64,000 nt of DNA from the NCBI GenBank assembly GCA_965153285.1, contig OZ229113.1; one strand, written 5' to 3'. Within the stretch, counting starts at the first letter, position 1. Every line of letters starts with the position of its first letter. Below the pieces are notes generated by a model. That model saw only the letters and a program-made list of their open reading frames with translations, ran no database searches and was not told the DNA's origin. Position numbers and translations under genes: made by a program. The stretch comes from Podarcis tiliguerta (taxonomy: Eukaryota). This document shows, one piece after another, positions 1 to 14,220 of the stretch.

Positions 1-577
1 GAGCCCACCCAAAGTTTCTAGTCTTGCTAGTTTAAGTTATAAAATGGAGTTACTTCAGCTTTAATACATTACCTGTGCAAAAAAAATATCTTATTTCTAG
101 TCAAAGCAACTATAGTCAGAATAATTTAATAGTTAAGTCCCAGATGGCTGGGGAAGCTGTCAACCAAATAGGATGCAATTCAGGAAAGGTTCCTGTAATA
201 TTCAAAAATGTTAAAAATGCTGGGGGAGAGCCCTGATGATAGATGACAGAGAACTAGATATTTTGTTTCATGCCATTTGGGAGGCAGATCACAACAGATA
301 ACTGACTGTGTTGTAGCAAGTTACAGCCAAACTCCAACATCACAGAGCTTTGAGTGAAAGGCTATTTAAAATAATAGTAGTCTTTATACAACTAAATGAT
401 TAGTCACTCCACCTGAGTGTCTTCTTTCTGGAAGTACATATTCCTCGACTACCACATACACAACTTAGTTGATTATTGGTATAATAAATCCACATTCCAT
501 AATTCCACACATTCAACAAACCTATATAGATGAGATACTTAAAGTGTTCAAAGAGGGAAACTTTAATTCCAACATAC

Positions 578-820
578 CAGACTGATGGAGTGTAGGCGGT
601 GCAGGGGTCTCCAAAGATGGCCTTTGTTCGTTATCAGGAGAGGATAGCAAGGAAGTAGACGGGGGGCTTTCAGTCGAGGAAGATGTTGAGGGAGCTTGAG
701 CTGACACTGTAGATGATGATGATTGCAGCTGTTCAGGACCATCTACTTCCATTGTGGCCTCTGTTTCAGCACTTGCTAAGACACTGCCAGCAGCAGAGAC
801 ATCTGATCTACTGGTGCCAC
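578..820 (-). CDS. DCAF6: DCAF6 coding exon 10 (Ser/Thr-rich; [11 protein letters not shown]...MEVDGPEQ...[10 protein letters not shown]...HQS)
   Basis: aaag| acceptor and |GTATGT donor; 243 nt; within track ORF 522..866; similar to the human DCAF6 low-complexity region (MEVD, LLSSPD, HQS). Gene continues left of the window. Confidence 0.92.
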
Positions 821-1204
821 CTTTAAAAAAACCCAGCAACTTTATTTTTAAAAAGAGGACTCTCATACCATGTCACATTTGAAACAAAGAATATCTTCAG
901 CACAGTACACTTTCAACTCTACATTAAACCAACTGGAAACACTGAGCATACTGCTACTGAACTTACATATATGTAAATGGACAATTGCCAAGAAAATCCA
1001 ACACAAACCACATTTGACTTCAAAAGAGGAATTTCCCAAAAATTAGGGGATTGTAAAAAATAAAGTTGAAAGGGAACATCAGGAGGGTCAAATCACTCAA
1101 AGCAGAGAGCAGGAATAATAGGATAGTCTCCCAATGGATGATGTAGAAAGTAGAGTCCTCCCACTTCAGACCTGTACCTTTTAACTTATTTATAAATTAC
1201 TTTG

Positions 1205-2335
1205 AATAAGGGGTGAGCAGTGAGATAACAAAGTTTGCTGATGGTAACCAATACTTCAGTGTTTAAAACCAAAAATATTATGATAAACTCCAAAGGATCT
1301 CTCCAAATTGAGTGAATGGGCAGTAAAATGGCAAATGTAATTCAATATAAACAAATGTAAAGTGATACACACTGCATCAATAAATAAATCTTAATTTCAT
1401 ATACACTCATGGAGTCTGAGCTGGAGTGACTGACCACGAACAAGACCTTGGGGTTGTAGTGGATCGCTTAATTGTGATGCTGACCCAGTGTGAAGCTGCT
1501 GCTGTAAAAGACAAATTCCATGCTAGGGATCATTAGGAATGGAACTGAAAATAAAACTGCTAATATCAGAATACCATTGTACTAATATATGGTATAGGGT
1601 TGCCCACCCGCCCACTCCTACACAATGGGCACCAAGCACACCGGCAGACGGTGGGTGCTATTGAAGTGTGTGTGCCACGGAGGATGAAATATATACATAC
1701 ATACAGTATATATGACACATGCACGCACACATACATTATATGAGACTGTCTACTCTGCAAAAGAGCAGTCAATTTGTAGTAAAAAAAAAAAAGCCAGACA
1801 TTTTGCCAAATTTCAAAAATCTTCCCTGACAGACATTTTAAACCTGAAAAAGAGGACATGTTTGGGAAAATCCAGATATATTACAATCCTATATGACTGC
1901 GCTTGGAATACTGTGCTCACTTCTTGTCACTTCATTTCATGAAGGATGCTGTACAGCTGGAAAAAAATATCAAGGGGGTGGAGCAAGTCTCCTGTGAAGA
2001 AGGTTGAAATTTTGGAGCTTTTTGGTTTAGAGAAAAGTTTTTCCCCCTCCATCATAGCCCTAGAATTAAGATATATCTGATGACGCTGGAAGACTGAGGA
2101 GAAAGGAAATCCAAAGACAATAAGGCTATCAATGGCTACTAGGCTAGGCTACAATAACTAGGTTCTACCTCCAAAGTCAGAGGCAGTGTGTCTGAATACC
2201 AGTTGCTGGGAATCACAAGTGGTGAGAGTGCTGCTTTTGGTCTTTTCATAAGCATCTAGTTGGTCACCTTGAGAACAGGATACTGGACTAAATGGGCCAT
2301 TGGCCTGATTCAGATGGCTTTTCTCACGTTCCTAT
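1205..2335 (+). mobile_element. Degraded CR1 LINE 3' portion, interrupted by a DNA transposon at 1595-1891
   Basis: CR1 RT remnants (aagtttgctgatg = KFAD; tggcaaatg...aaatgtaaagtgat; gaccttggggttgtagtgga) and a CR1-type 3' UTR (ggactaaatgggccattggcctgattcag). Confidence 0.8.
1595..1891. mobile_element. hAT-like non-autonomous element nested in CR1
   Basis: Left end TAGGGTTGCC, degenerate right end CAATCCTA; CR1 sequence resumes colinearly on both sides; TSD only partial. Confidence 0.55.
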
Positions 2336-2418
2336 GCCAAGTGTGCCATTTTTAAAAAATGTTGATTACTACCTTTTATTTCAAAAATCCCCTTGTCATT
2401 TCATGCTGAAGGCAGTTA

Positions 2419-2568
<150 letters not shown>

Positions 2569-3395
2569 TCAATCCTTTTACTGTGAAGTAGCACAGTACA
2601 TTTTTCCTTCTGCTACTGGAAATCTTGCATATTTACATCTCTGAAAGGTGAAAATATTTCTCTATATGTTTTTTCAACATATTGGTTTTCTCATTCTTCA
2701 TTGTTCAGAAACTGTTTTAAACAAAATTTTAAAAATGCTTTTAGTGCTTTTTAAAGACACCCAGTCTGTGCGGCTTTGCTGGTTTCATTTTTTCAGCTGT
2801 TTGATCATACCTAATTACACTATTACAAAGAAAAAAGGGATGAGAAAAAAACCCCTTCTCTGCTATAATTGCTTCAGCCAAGAGTTGTAGTGTTTGACTC
2901 ACTGTCTGCAGGGAAAAGTGATCCCAGCTGAGTAATTTCATGACCTGTACACAAGCTTTTAACTGGCAATTCCTCTATCCTCCTGTTGGTGGCAAGAGAA
3001 TACCAAATTCATTTCAGTAGTGAGGAACTAGGACAGGGAAAACCCTACATGTTAAGATCTGGCAGCTTGAGATTTCAATCCATCTACAATTTCCCTCTCC
3101 AGATTCAACCAAGCATGAGCAGTCTGTTTGATAAGAGCTGCTATATTCATGTTGTACATGTTATTAAGGGCCAGTGACCTTGCTGACTTGAACTAAGCCT
3201 GATAAAAGCAGTAAGAAAAGGCTCGGTTACTGGAAAAACCAGAAAGTTGGAATTTGCTTCAAGTAAAACAAGGTGCCACTATCTGACTAACCAGTGTTCA
3301 CTTTTAGCTAGGAATACCATTTGTAAAACATAAATCCCAGAAATTAATAACAGAATAATCTGTTATTCACTGATTCAGATTTTGAACTGAAATCA

Positions 3396-3512
<117 letters not shown>

Positions 3513-4489
3513 CTAGAGAAATAATGACAAGAGGGGCATTTAAGATGTAAACATTTTATTTCTGTAATAAGCTGAAAAGGTAAAAATATTAAACCAAAGC
3601 TGAAATTCTCGTTTTTTGAGTGAAGGAATCTAAAAATTTGGGCTAAATGCTTTCTCAGCTTAGTTGATCTGGGTTCATTAATCTGCTTTAATTACTAATA
3701 CAGCGTAGGAAACAAACTATGCCAGTGCAGTCATAATGGATCTGAACTGATCTGTATCCTGTATCCAAGGGGTACTTTAGGGGTACTCAATTAGACTTTT
3801 ACCCACTTGGGTGGGAGAGGGAGGGATCTTCTACATGCTGTATCCAACTGTAAAACAGCTGAGATTTTATATTATAAACAGTTTTATTTATCTTGTGATA
3901 ATGTCTTTGGCTGAAAAGCTAGGATAAAATATTTCAAATGCAATAAAATATACAGTAATACATATTTAATATGCCTAATATTTAAGGTATACATCTGCCA
4001 GTGAAAAATGTTTGCACATATATTTAATTTGTATCCATGGATCACAAATCAGATTTTGCCACTGCAAACCCTTCAATCTGCTATGTCATATGAGGTGAAG
4101 TAATCTATGTAAACACAGTTACAATAGTTATTGTTATTTGTATACAATTCAGTTCTATTTTTGAGAGTCTGTTGCATTTTGTTTTTATCTTTTTAGAAGA
4201 TTTTAGTGGATGTTGTATTTTTATTGCTTTTATGTAAACCACTTCAATATTTTTTATTATGGACTTTCAAAAGTTCATAAATGAGAAAATAGATAGATAG
4301 GTATAGAAAATGCCTACAAAGAAGCTTGATTGAAACTTGAGAATGGAGTTTAATTCCACGTAAGTGGGTAAAGGATTGAATGCCTTAATTATTTCACTAA
4401 AACTTAGCCTGTATTTGTCAGCAATCTTTTTATACTCTCAGCCCTGTCAAGAATGAAGGATAAACTTGTTGTTTTCTGCAACTCTAGTA

Positions 4490-4710
4490 CAATAGATGCT
4501 CGGGTTGCGAATGTGATCCGTGCGGGATGTACGTTCGCAACCCGCAGCGTTTGCAACCTGCGTCTGTGCATGCGTGGGTTGCGATCCGGCGCTTCTGCGC
4601 AAGCGCGACCGCCCAAACCCAGAAGTAACCCGTTCCAGTACTTCTGGGTTTCAGTGTTCCGCAACCCAAAAAGACGCAACCTGAAGCGGCTGTAACCCGA
4701 GGTATGACTG
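4490..4710. mobile_element. Tc1/mariner (pogo/Tigger-like) MITE
   Basis: Imperfect TIRs (CAATAGATGCTCGGGTTGC and GTAACCCGAGGTATGACTG); TA on both flanks; CpG-rich interior. Confidence 0.8.
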
Positions 4711-5914
4711 TAAGTCTCTTTAGCTACAGATGATAATCAAAAGAAGATGACTAAGGTAGTATGGCAACAGTGAACACATATTTTAATGTTCCAAAATATT
4801 CAGATATTTTTAATACAATTGTATATATCTGGGGAAGCTATAAAACTGAATTGTAGAAGTGGAACTGTGTCTTCAACATGAAAATCTTATGCTCAAGGTA
4901 CATATCACATTATAGCATATTTTGCATCTTTCCTTATCCTCAGAGGTAGAGCAGAAGTTTGAACATGAAACACATGTGTACCAGATCTCAATAATAAATC
5001 AAAAGCAGTGGAAGGACCAACATAATTTAGTTCTTTCTTTTTTTAAGGGCTGAAAGACAAAAAAGTATTTGCCTGCCACCAAAAGAACACCACAACCAAC
5101 AATGCTCATGTCACAGCTCACAGCCAAGGACTCTAGCAGCAGGGACACTCAGAGGAGAGTATCAGAAGTGACTGCAGCACATGAGCAGACCAGACATTTT
5201 ATACACCTGGATAGAACCCACTGGGTACTAGTCTAAATTTAAATAGTAGTTGAAACAAGAGATCAGTTAACATAGCTTTCACCAGCTACACCTGCAACAC
5301 TGCAGGAATTTTCAGTCCAGATTCAGCCATGTGGAACATTTGGATATTCAGGTGGTCAGGTAAGCACATGATAGTTACACTGAAGCGGAGCTAAGAAATG
5401 GGTGACTTTCACTTGGTCATACATAATAAAGATACTGGCAGTGTTCATGTATCATGCTAACAACCAACATGGTGCGTTCCTGATATTGCTAGCTACCATC
5501 ATCCTTGACCACTAGCTGTGCTGGCTGAGACTGATGGGAGTTGAAGAGCACATTGAGTACCCATCTGCTAAGTCATAGTTTAGCATGATGTGAATGAGCT
5601 GCAGTGAGCCTCTAGCTCCCTTCCTCCCCATTCCTCTGGTATTGCTGTGAGGGGTTCAGAAGCTTTTGCTCCTGTTCTTCCTTAACCACAACCTGACATG
5701 TCACTGGAACTTGAAATCATTGGTTAAAAGTTGGCTTGTTTCAAAGAAACATTAACCATATTTCAGAAGTTCAGTCCACATGACAAACTGTAGTGAAGCA
5801 AAAATGGAAGTGAAAGCTTCCAAACTCCTCCTCAGAGCTACACCACAGTAAGAGGGAAAAGGGGGCACACTCAAGCTCAAGGCTCACCAAGTCACATTCT
5901 TGCCATACTACGTG

Positions 5915-6170
5915 TGCAGAGGGCAACCAAGATGATCAAGGGTCTGGAAGCCAAGCCTTATGAGGAATGGTTGAGGGAACTGGGTATGCTTAACCTGGAA
6001 TAAAGAAGACTGAGAAGATATATGATAGCCATCTTCAAATATCTAAATGGCTGTCGCATGGAAGATGGAGCAAGCTTGTTTTCTCCTGCTCTGAAGACTA
6101 GGACCTGAACTAATGGCTTCAAGTTACAAGAAAGGAGATTCCGACTAAACATCAGAAAAACTTTCTGGCA
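5915..6170 (+). mobile_element. CR1 LINE ORF2 3' fragment
   Basis: Typical CR1 C-terminal remnant (RATKMIKGLEAKPYEEWLRELG...MIAIFKYL...NGFKLQERRFRLNIRKTF). Confidence 0.85.
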
Positions 6171-7608
6171 GTTATTGAAGAAATGCAAGCCCAAGGGCAT
6201 GTGAAACTAATGTGGTTCTTTTGAATTCTAGTCATCACATTTTGTAGAATTTATTGAAATGACTGAATCAATATTATTGGCGGTGGGGAGGAAACATTTA
6301 ATAAACTATTTTTTATATATATCAACATTTCTATATTTAAAAAAAAACTTCAGAGTTTACATACAGCTTGCTAACAACACAGACTTCCTTTTTTCATATG
6401 TGGGACAGGACAGTTTTTGGGGCAGGGGTAATATTATTGATGGATTCTCACATATAGTGCCAGATGAACTCTTCATGTTGCTATTTCTGTCTTCAAGGAA
6501 ACATTCTGTTATCAACACATGGCTGCTTCTATATCTAGAGTAGAATTACATATTGGTAAACTGGTCCAGAAAGTTTTTGCAGCCATAGCTTGGAACAGAC
6601 TGGCAGGTTTACATCTGAAGATATTCAGAATACCAAAACACCATGGCAAATGAGAAACCTCCCAGTTTTATTTGTAATTTGATCACGATTTAACACTATA
6701 CAATTGAAAGATTTTCTTTGTCCAATACAAGAAGTCATCTAAAATTAGTGAATTTTATGGTGTTTTAATGGAAGGAAGGTCAGTCATATTACAGGTTGAC
6801 AGGGGCCAAATTTGTGCACAACAAGCAACGTGTGCACAAGCAACTACTGTCATTTACATGAAAACCTATCCACTCTAACTAAAATGTGTATTTTTAATGT
6901 AACTACAGTATATGTAACTAACGGTGTATTTAATACAGTTATTTAAATATTTTTCCAGTCAGGATAATTGTATAGGTTCTCACTAAATCAATCTTATAGA
7001 AGATATTTCTAATTATTTGCTCAGCTTAGTAGGATCTGAATTTGAATCTACAAGCAAAATCTCTATCTAATAACCTAACATTAAAATTATACTGATGTCT
7101 TGTTTCAAAATGGCACTAAGACACAGCACCTTTTTAAATAATAAACATTTTCCAATACAGCTAATTAAATGATTTGCACATAATTCTAAGCCAAATCATG
7201 GCTTAGTGGGAGTTTTGCTCCTCCAGTCCTGCTGCTGCAGTGCTGTGAGCTAAGCCATAGTTAGGCTTAGTATGTTGTTCAAACTGGTTGGTGGTTTATC
7301 TGGAGTGACAAACCACAAGCCCAAGTTTGGACAACATAGTAATCCAAACCACAGATTAGCTCAAAACATTGCAAAAGCTGGGAAACTGCTATTTTTTGTT
7401 CTGTGAGCCACCCTGAGACCTCTGGGTATAGGGCGGTATATAAATTCAATAAATAATAATAAACTGGAGAAGCAAATGGCAACGATCTCCTTTCCTGGGG
7501 TCTGTCTTTATGCTAAACTATGGCTTGGCTTAGCATTACGTATTATTACATATTAACTCTCTTTTGTCTTCAAAATCATTTTAACACCAGTAACCATGGA
7601 ACACTTAC

Positions 7609-7823
7609 TTCTTCTCTTCTTTCATCTGAAGACGGAACTTTAAGTTCTCTAGCTGTGTCATCCTTGGGATCAAACAAGTATATATAATCTGAAGAATAGC
7701 TCACAAGAATTTCTTGGCCATCTTCACTATAGCATAGAGATGTTACCCTACAGGATTTGTTGTTCAGATGGGGAGGAACAAAACGTGCCACTAATCCTGT
7801 GGTACCCCGGCCTGCATAATTAC
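7609..7823 (-). CDS. DCAF6: DCAF6 coding exon 7 ([55 protein letters not shown]...RREE)
   Basis: gtag| acceptor and |GTAAGT donor; 215 nt; lies within track ORF 7576..7863. Confidence 0.96.
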
Positions 7824-7877
7824 CTACATTAAAAAATAATTGAATTAATTTTCCATTACACATATTCTAATCAATAT

Positions 7878-7879
<2 letters not shown>

Positions 7880-7909
<30 letters not shown>
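7880..7909. repeat. (CA)n microsatellite
   Basis: About 15 AC units. Confidence 0.95.
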
Positions 7910-7911
<2 letters not shown>

Positions 7912-9759
7912 TCCAGTGCTGAGCTGAAAGAGAGTTTGGTCTTTTTACAAATAAGCCTTCTGCTAGTTTGTAACTGTGAGTAGATCGCAGTCTCTTGGAA
8001 GTTGGCCACCCCTGGTCTAAACCATCACATTTTGTGGTAGTGAAAGCTAACCATGAATTGTCTAAAGAAGTACAGGCATCAACCAACTTACATGGGGAGT
8101 TACCACCCAAGACCCCGTGTGCATAACTGAAATTGCATAGAGACAACAAGAGCACCCTCTAAACACCCTCTCTACCACTCTCTCTTCAATCCATACCAAA
8201 AATACCATATCCAAAAACATCCACAACTGCAATTGAAGCTCTGGGGCTAGCAGGAAGCTGGAGGATGCATGGGAAAGCAGCTACTGCTGCTGCACTACCC
8301 CCATCAGCTGTTAGGTGGGGAGGATGAGCAGTGTAAACAAAGCTCTGCTGCACCTCAGGTCTCTTCCGGGCTTCCTCCGTCCTCACTGATATCCTCTTCA
8401 GGCTCTGGGGAGGCTCTCTTTGCAAGGACTGTTCAACTTTATCCCGCCACTTCCAGGTTTGAATTGAATTTTTAATTTCCTAGCACCACTCATATACATG
8501 GTGGTGCGCAAGTAAATTACATGCAACGGATGCCTGTACTGTGTATATTAGTCCTAAAATGTGTCTATTTTTTTACACACTGCATTCTTTTACAAACCTG
8601 AGTCATGCCCTGGTTACTTGCCATTTTGCTACAATTTAAAGCCACATACACTGCACCTCCTCTTTGCTGATTTTTGGAGGGCACAATGAAATGAAAGCAT
8701 TCACCAATTCAGAGTAAAAGCTGTCTACTGTCATTCCAAACTGGCCGCATATCCAATGTGATTGGTTACACGATATTGTTGTACATTACCAAGTTGGCTA
8801 CGTAATTTCCAACTGGGATCACGTACAGTATTTGGAAACAGAAACTGTACTAATATTAGTTAGAATATTTTATCTAAACAGAAATTTAGATTCAAAGTAT
8901 TAATATCACAATGAGACTATAAAATACTTCCACAGTACTTACATTAACCTCACTCTCCCTATGGAAACTTTCTATCCTATCCATCTATCCATCTGCGTTT
9001 TCCTCACCTCATAATTTCTAACAAAGAGTAGAGCAATAATAAATCACATTCTGCAGCCTTTTCTAGGCATTTTTAGCTACATTAAGTGCACAACTCAAGT
9101 TCTTATCTTTTACTGAAATCAAGCCTAAATGCATGTAATTGAACTGTTTTCATATTCTCCCATTTATCCTTGCCTCAATATTCCTCCCTAGTCAAATTTT
9201 AGATTGTCAGTTCTTTGAAGGGCCAGGGCTTGCCCTTTTGTAGATATTCTCTGAAAAGCACCATGAACACTGAGACCACCATCAATTCTTAATACTCAAA
9301 ACCACTAAATGGAAAGAACAGCAGAATTTCTTCATTTATTTACCATGGCTGCAAATCAAAGGAGTTCACTCAAATTTATTCAGTGAGAGAATCCACCCCC
9401 CCTTAAGTTTGACTTTCCAGCAGCTCTTGTAGCAAACCTGAAAACTGTTCTTAGAAGGTCAATTTTAAAGAGCAGGTCAGAGAGAAGAATTGCTCTATGG
9501 GACTTAAAATAATGCCAATGTGCATACATGCCTCTGAATCATAGTCAAAATATCACTTTAGGACATCAATACTTTTCAGTCCACATTACAGAAGACTTTC
9601 TAAAGTGTGATTCAAGCTTTCATGAGCATAAATTTAAAAATTATGAGAAGTTCTGCGTTTATGCAGAAAATATATTTTTCATTAAATCATCTCATTAAGA
9701 GGTTCACATCCTATAATATTCAACTATGGTACTCAAAAGTCAACTGTTTTACAATATCA

Positions 9760-9912
<153 letters not shown>

Positions 9913-10780
9913 CTAGAACAAAAGGAAAATATTGCACTTGTTTAAAATGTACAAGAACAAGTGGCATTAAATCACACCAACTAATACAATCCTAGAAAAA
10001 AATCAATATGGTTGTGTTTTAGAAAAAGCCAACTCTGGTCCTTGTTAATATATATTTTAAGCATGTTACTGGACAACAGACGGGTATGGCCACAACAAAA
10101 AGACTAAGCAAACAAAAGCATTGTTTAGTAACATCAACTTGCAGCTGTAAACACAAAGCTTTCATCTGTCTAAGATTTTCTCATAAAAAGAGGCCAGAAA
10201 GTGAATCACAAGGGGCAGGGATTGCCTAAGCTACTTTAAAAGGATTGGGCTAGAATAGATTTATGTACAGATAATTGGATGTAAAGAGCAACGCAATGAG
10301 ATTAAGTACTGCAAATAGTTTCAACATAAAAAGGAACAATACTGAGAATAGCCTATAAAAATGAGGTAAAATAGTTAAGTAAAATGCATACTTGGAAGCA
10401 ACTCTTTTGGTATGCATCTGTATAAATTAGAAAAATAAATCCTACTATTACAGTCATAAAGAATTTGGTAAATTATTTTCATAGCTGGATTGATTCTTAT
10501 GTTATCTAATTATCAATGAGTTTAAGGGTGCTCCATAACAAAGTGCTGTAACATATCAAATAGTTCATAAAAAGCCTGAATTCAAACCAAATCACGTTTT
10601 TCATATCTGTTCAATATTATAGTATTATGATATGGCAGATAAGTAATACATATTTCAAAAATAACAAATTATATTTTTCCTTCATATAGTTCATGGTCAC
10701 CTCACTAGATTTCACAGCATCAGGACCAAAGCAGGCCAGGATCATGAGATCTCAGGTTCTGAAAACAATATAGCTCTTTA

Positions 10781-10948
<168 letters not shown>

Positions 10949-11313
10949 TTAAAATGGCAACAGCCTTAAACAATTGAAAATAAAAGCCAGGATCCAAAGT
11001 ACCATAGAACAACTTGTGTATGCAAGGAGGCTTGAGATTATTTTCTTGAAAAATATCCTCCCGCCTGCACCTCATGGAAAGCTGATTTTGAAATAGAGGG
11101 GCATTTCAAATCAGTTGTAACAAAAGCAATGTGATAATGTAAGACTGCCTTATAGTATACAAATAGTTTTTTGGAGGTGGGAGGGTGTTCTTTAGAAGAC
11201 TAAAAGGCAAGGTACAAAAAATCATGCCCAGGCAATCTTCTTAAATAATAGGAGGTGAATGTAAACAAGAAAATGTGGACCATATTATCTAATTTTATCC
11301 AAACTTTAGGTTA

Positions 11314-11592
<279 letters not shown>

Positions 11593-12465
11593 CTAGAAAA
11601 CAAGGATTACTGTATTAGCTTAACATTTTAATTACGGTAATATTGATCACATCTATCTTTCTCACCTTATTTCAAAAAGCAGGCTACCATACTATTTTAT
11701 CTTCATAATCCACTCTCTTGTTCTACACCAGGGATAAGTAATCTCTGGCCTGAAAGTGTTTTCCCCAAATAACACCCATCTGCCCCACACCTGTCACCAG
11801 ATGTGGGGCAGGTATAGAGGCACAGCTATGCAATTGAGTTCTCCATATGAAACTTGATTGTGTGGTCAATCCTTGCAGAAAGTAACTTTGCCAGCTCTAA
11901 GCTTGGCACTTGGGAAGAAGTGAGCACAGAGCCCCTTGAACTGTGGTTCCCAAGCCCAGACAGCCCACTGGTTGTAAGATGCTCAGAATGTGCTGCACAA
12001 AGGATTTGGACATGTGGGTCATCCTGGCCATCTGTCAAAGCTGGCCTGCAGGGATGGAGACAGATGAGGATCTGGCCCTTTGGACCAAAAAGGTACACCA
12101 CACTCTGCATGGTTCTACACCACCCAGGTGATTTCATAACTGAAGGCTTTGACCAATGCTCAGGTCTAGTAACTGCACTACAACACAATAGTACAGTGCA
12201 AGGTGGTGAGGGGCGGTGAGACAATATAAAGAGTAATAAGGCAGAAATCATGGTATCAAGATAATACTGAAAACTTTTTGTGCAGAACTGGTGGACTTAA
12301 TATGTTTTGTGGCAACTCTCCTACACAGGACAGATTTTGTTTTGAAAGAATAACCAAGCAATATATGCAATGTCACAAAAAACAGAGCTTTCAATTACAA
12401 AAAAAAAAAAACAACTTAATAACATTTTGACTATTCAGAAAAATGGATAAAGGGACAGCAGATCA

Positions 12466-12597
<132 letters not shown>

Positions 12598-13425
12598 CTA
12601 AAGAAGGGGTGAACAATGTTAAGATGCAAACTATCTAACTTTACCAGAAAACAACACAGCTCAGCTAATTATGCATATACTTTGTATAAGGACTTGCACA
12701 CCTGTATATTCAGCTGCATGAGCAGTACTTCTCTCACACTTGCAGTCTCTTTGGTTCATACCACCGCAGAACATCACATATGACAGAGGTGGGGGAACTC
12801 TTTCAACCCAAGAGCCACATTCCCTTCTGGGCAACCTTTCAGGGGCCACATAAAAGCGGCAGGCAAGGCCAGGGACAAAAATGGGGCAAGAATTGTATCC
12901 AATTCTTCCATGGAACAGACTTCCACTCAAATAATGTTGGAATCTACCCTGTGTGCATGGGGTTGCAGCCTAAATTAACTCGTTTTCACTGGGGCATTTA
13001 TCAATTATCCCTGGAATAAAAAACTGAGTATCTAAACTCTCCTATCATGAAGTCTATGGAGAAAGACCATACGGGAGAATTTAATTTTAGAGATAAAAGA
13101 AAATATCAAAATTATTTTTTTATATTTTGATTACTCTTTAAAACATATGTATGAAAATTAAAATAATTATCATGTTCCCAACAAACCTTTATTCCACAAG
13201 ATCAAATTCCTTGTGATATAAGAATTAGAGTCCCAGGATGTAGATTTTTTTTATTTTAAAAATGTTCCAATATTAATTTTATTGAACCTTTGGCTAGAAT
13301 GTATTATGCTTGATTTTGTGTGCCTGTATTTTATTACTACTATGCTGCATTCCTTTCCTATCTGACCCTGAAAGTGGCACAAATAGCCCTCCAGGATGTT
13401 ATTCTATCTTAAGTTTGCTGTAGAG

Positions 13426-13869
13426 TGTAAAATCAGCTATCCTTGAAGCTTCCTGGGAGATAGAACACAGCCAAAGGTCTGGTTGCCAGGGGAACAGTGA
13501 CATAAATGCAACATTTGAGGTCAAAATGACCTGGGCACTTGGGATACCCCAAGGTAATTGCAGAGGAGCCTTACATTTTAAACATCCCATTACCTGTAAC
13601 CTTTCATGATGTATGCAGAAGGATGTTTAAGAATGTTATGTTTTGATGTTTATAACTCTTTGTGTGCTGTGCCTATAAATCCCTTGTTCTGATGCTCCTC
13701 GTGGCAGACCTTCTTCTTAAGTGGCTAGAACAATCACGTTAAGATGAGCTCTGCCCTATTGCAATAGCTATAATAAATAATTCCCTTGGTTCCTTTACTT
13801 ATTTAAAAGATGGTCCCTCACCTGAGTAAGAATAAGGCGGTGTAGAAGTAAATTCTTACCACACTTACA
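13426..13869 (+). mobile_element. Solo LTR (444 bp) in DCAF6 intron 2, antisense to DCAF6
   Basis: Termini TGTAA...TTACA; 4-bp target-site duplication AGAG (13422-25 and 13870-73); TATAAA at 13674 followed by AATAAA at 13772. Confidence 0.8.
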
Positions 13870-14055
13870 AGAGCAATCTTGTACGTCCTAACATGGTTTT
13901 AAAAATGTGTTATAACAACAAATTTTCAGTAGGGAAAAAAATAAAATAAAATAAAGTAGATATACTTGGAAGAATACTAAAAGCTCATGTTCATCTTGTC
14001 ATGGAAATGCCAGTTACCATTACTTAACTTCTTGTTTAAGCACGCATTCTTTTTA

Positions 14056-14220
<165 letters not shown>

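Noticed and set aside
11826-12251. 141-aa and 121-aa ORFs on opposite strands
   Set aside because: They lie in DCAF6 intron 3 over what looks like a decayed hAT-type repeat; no protein motif or splice support.
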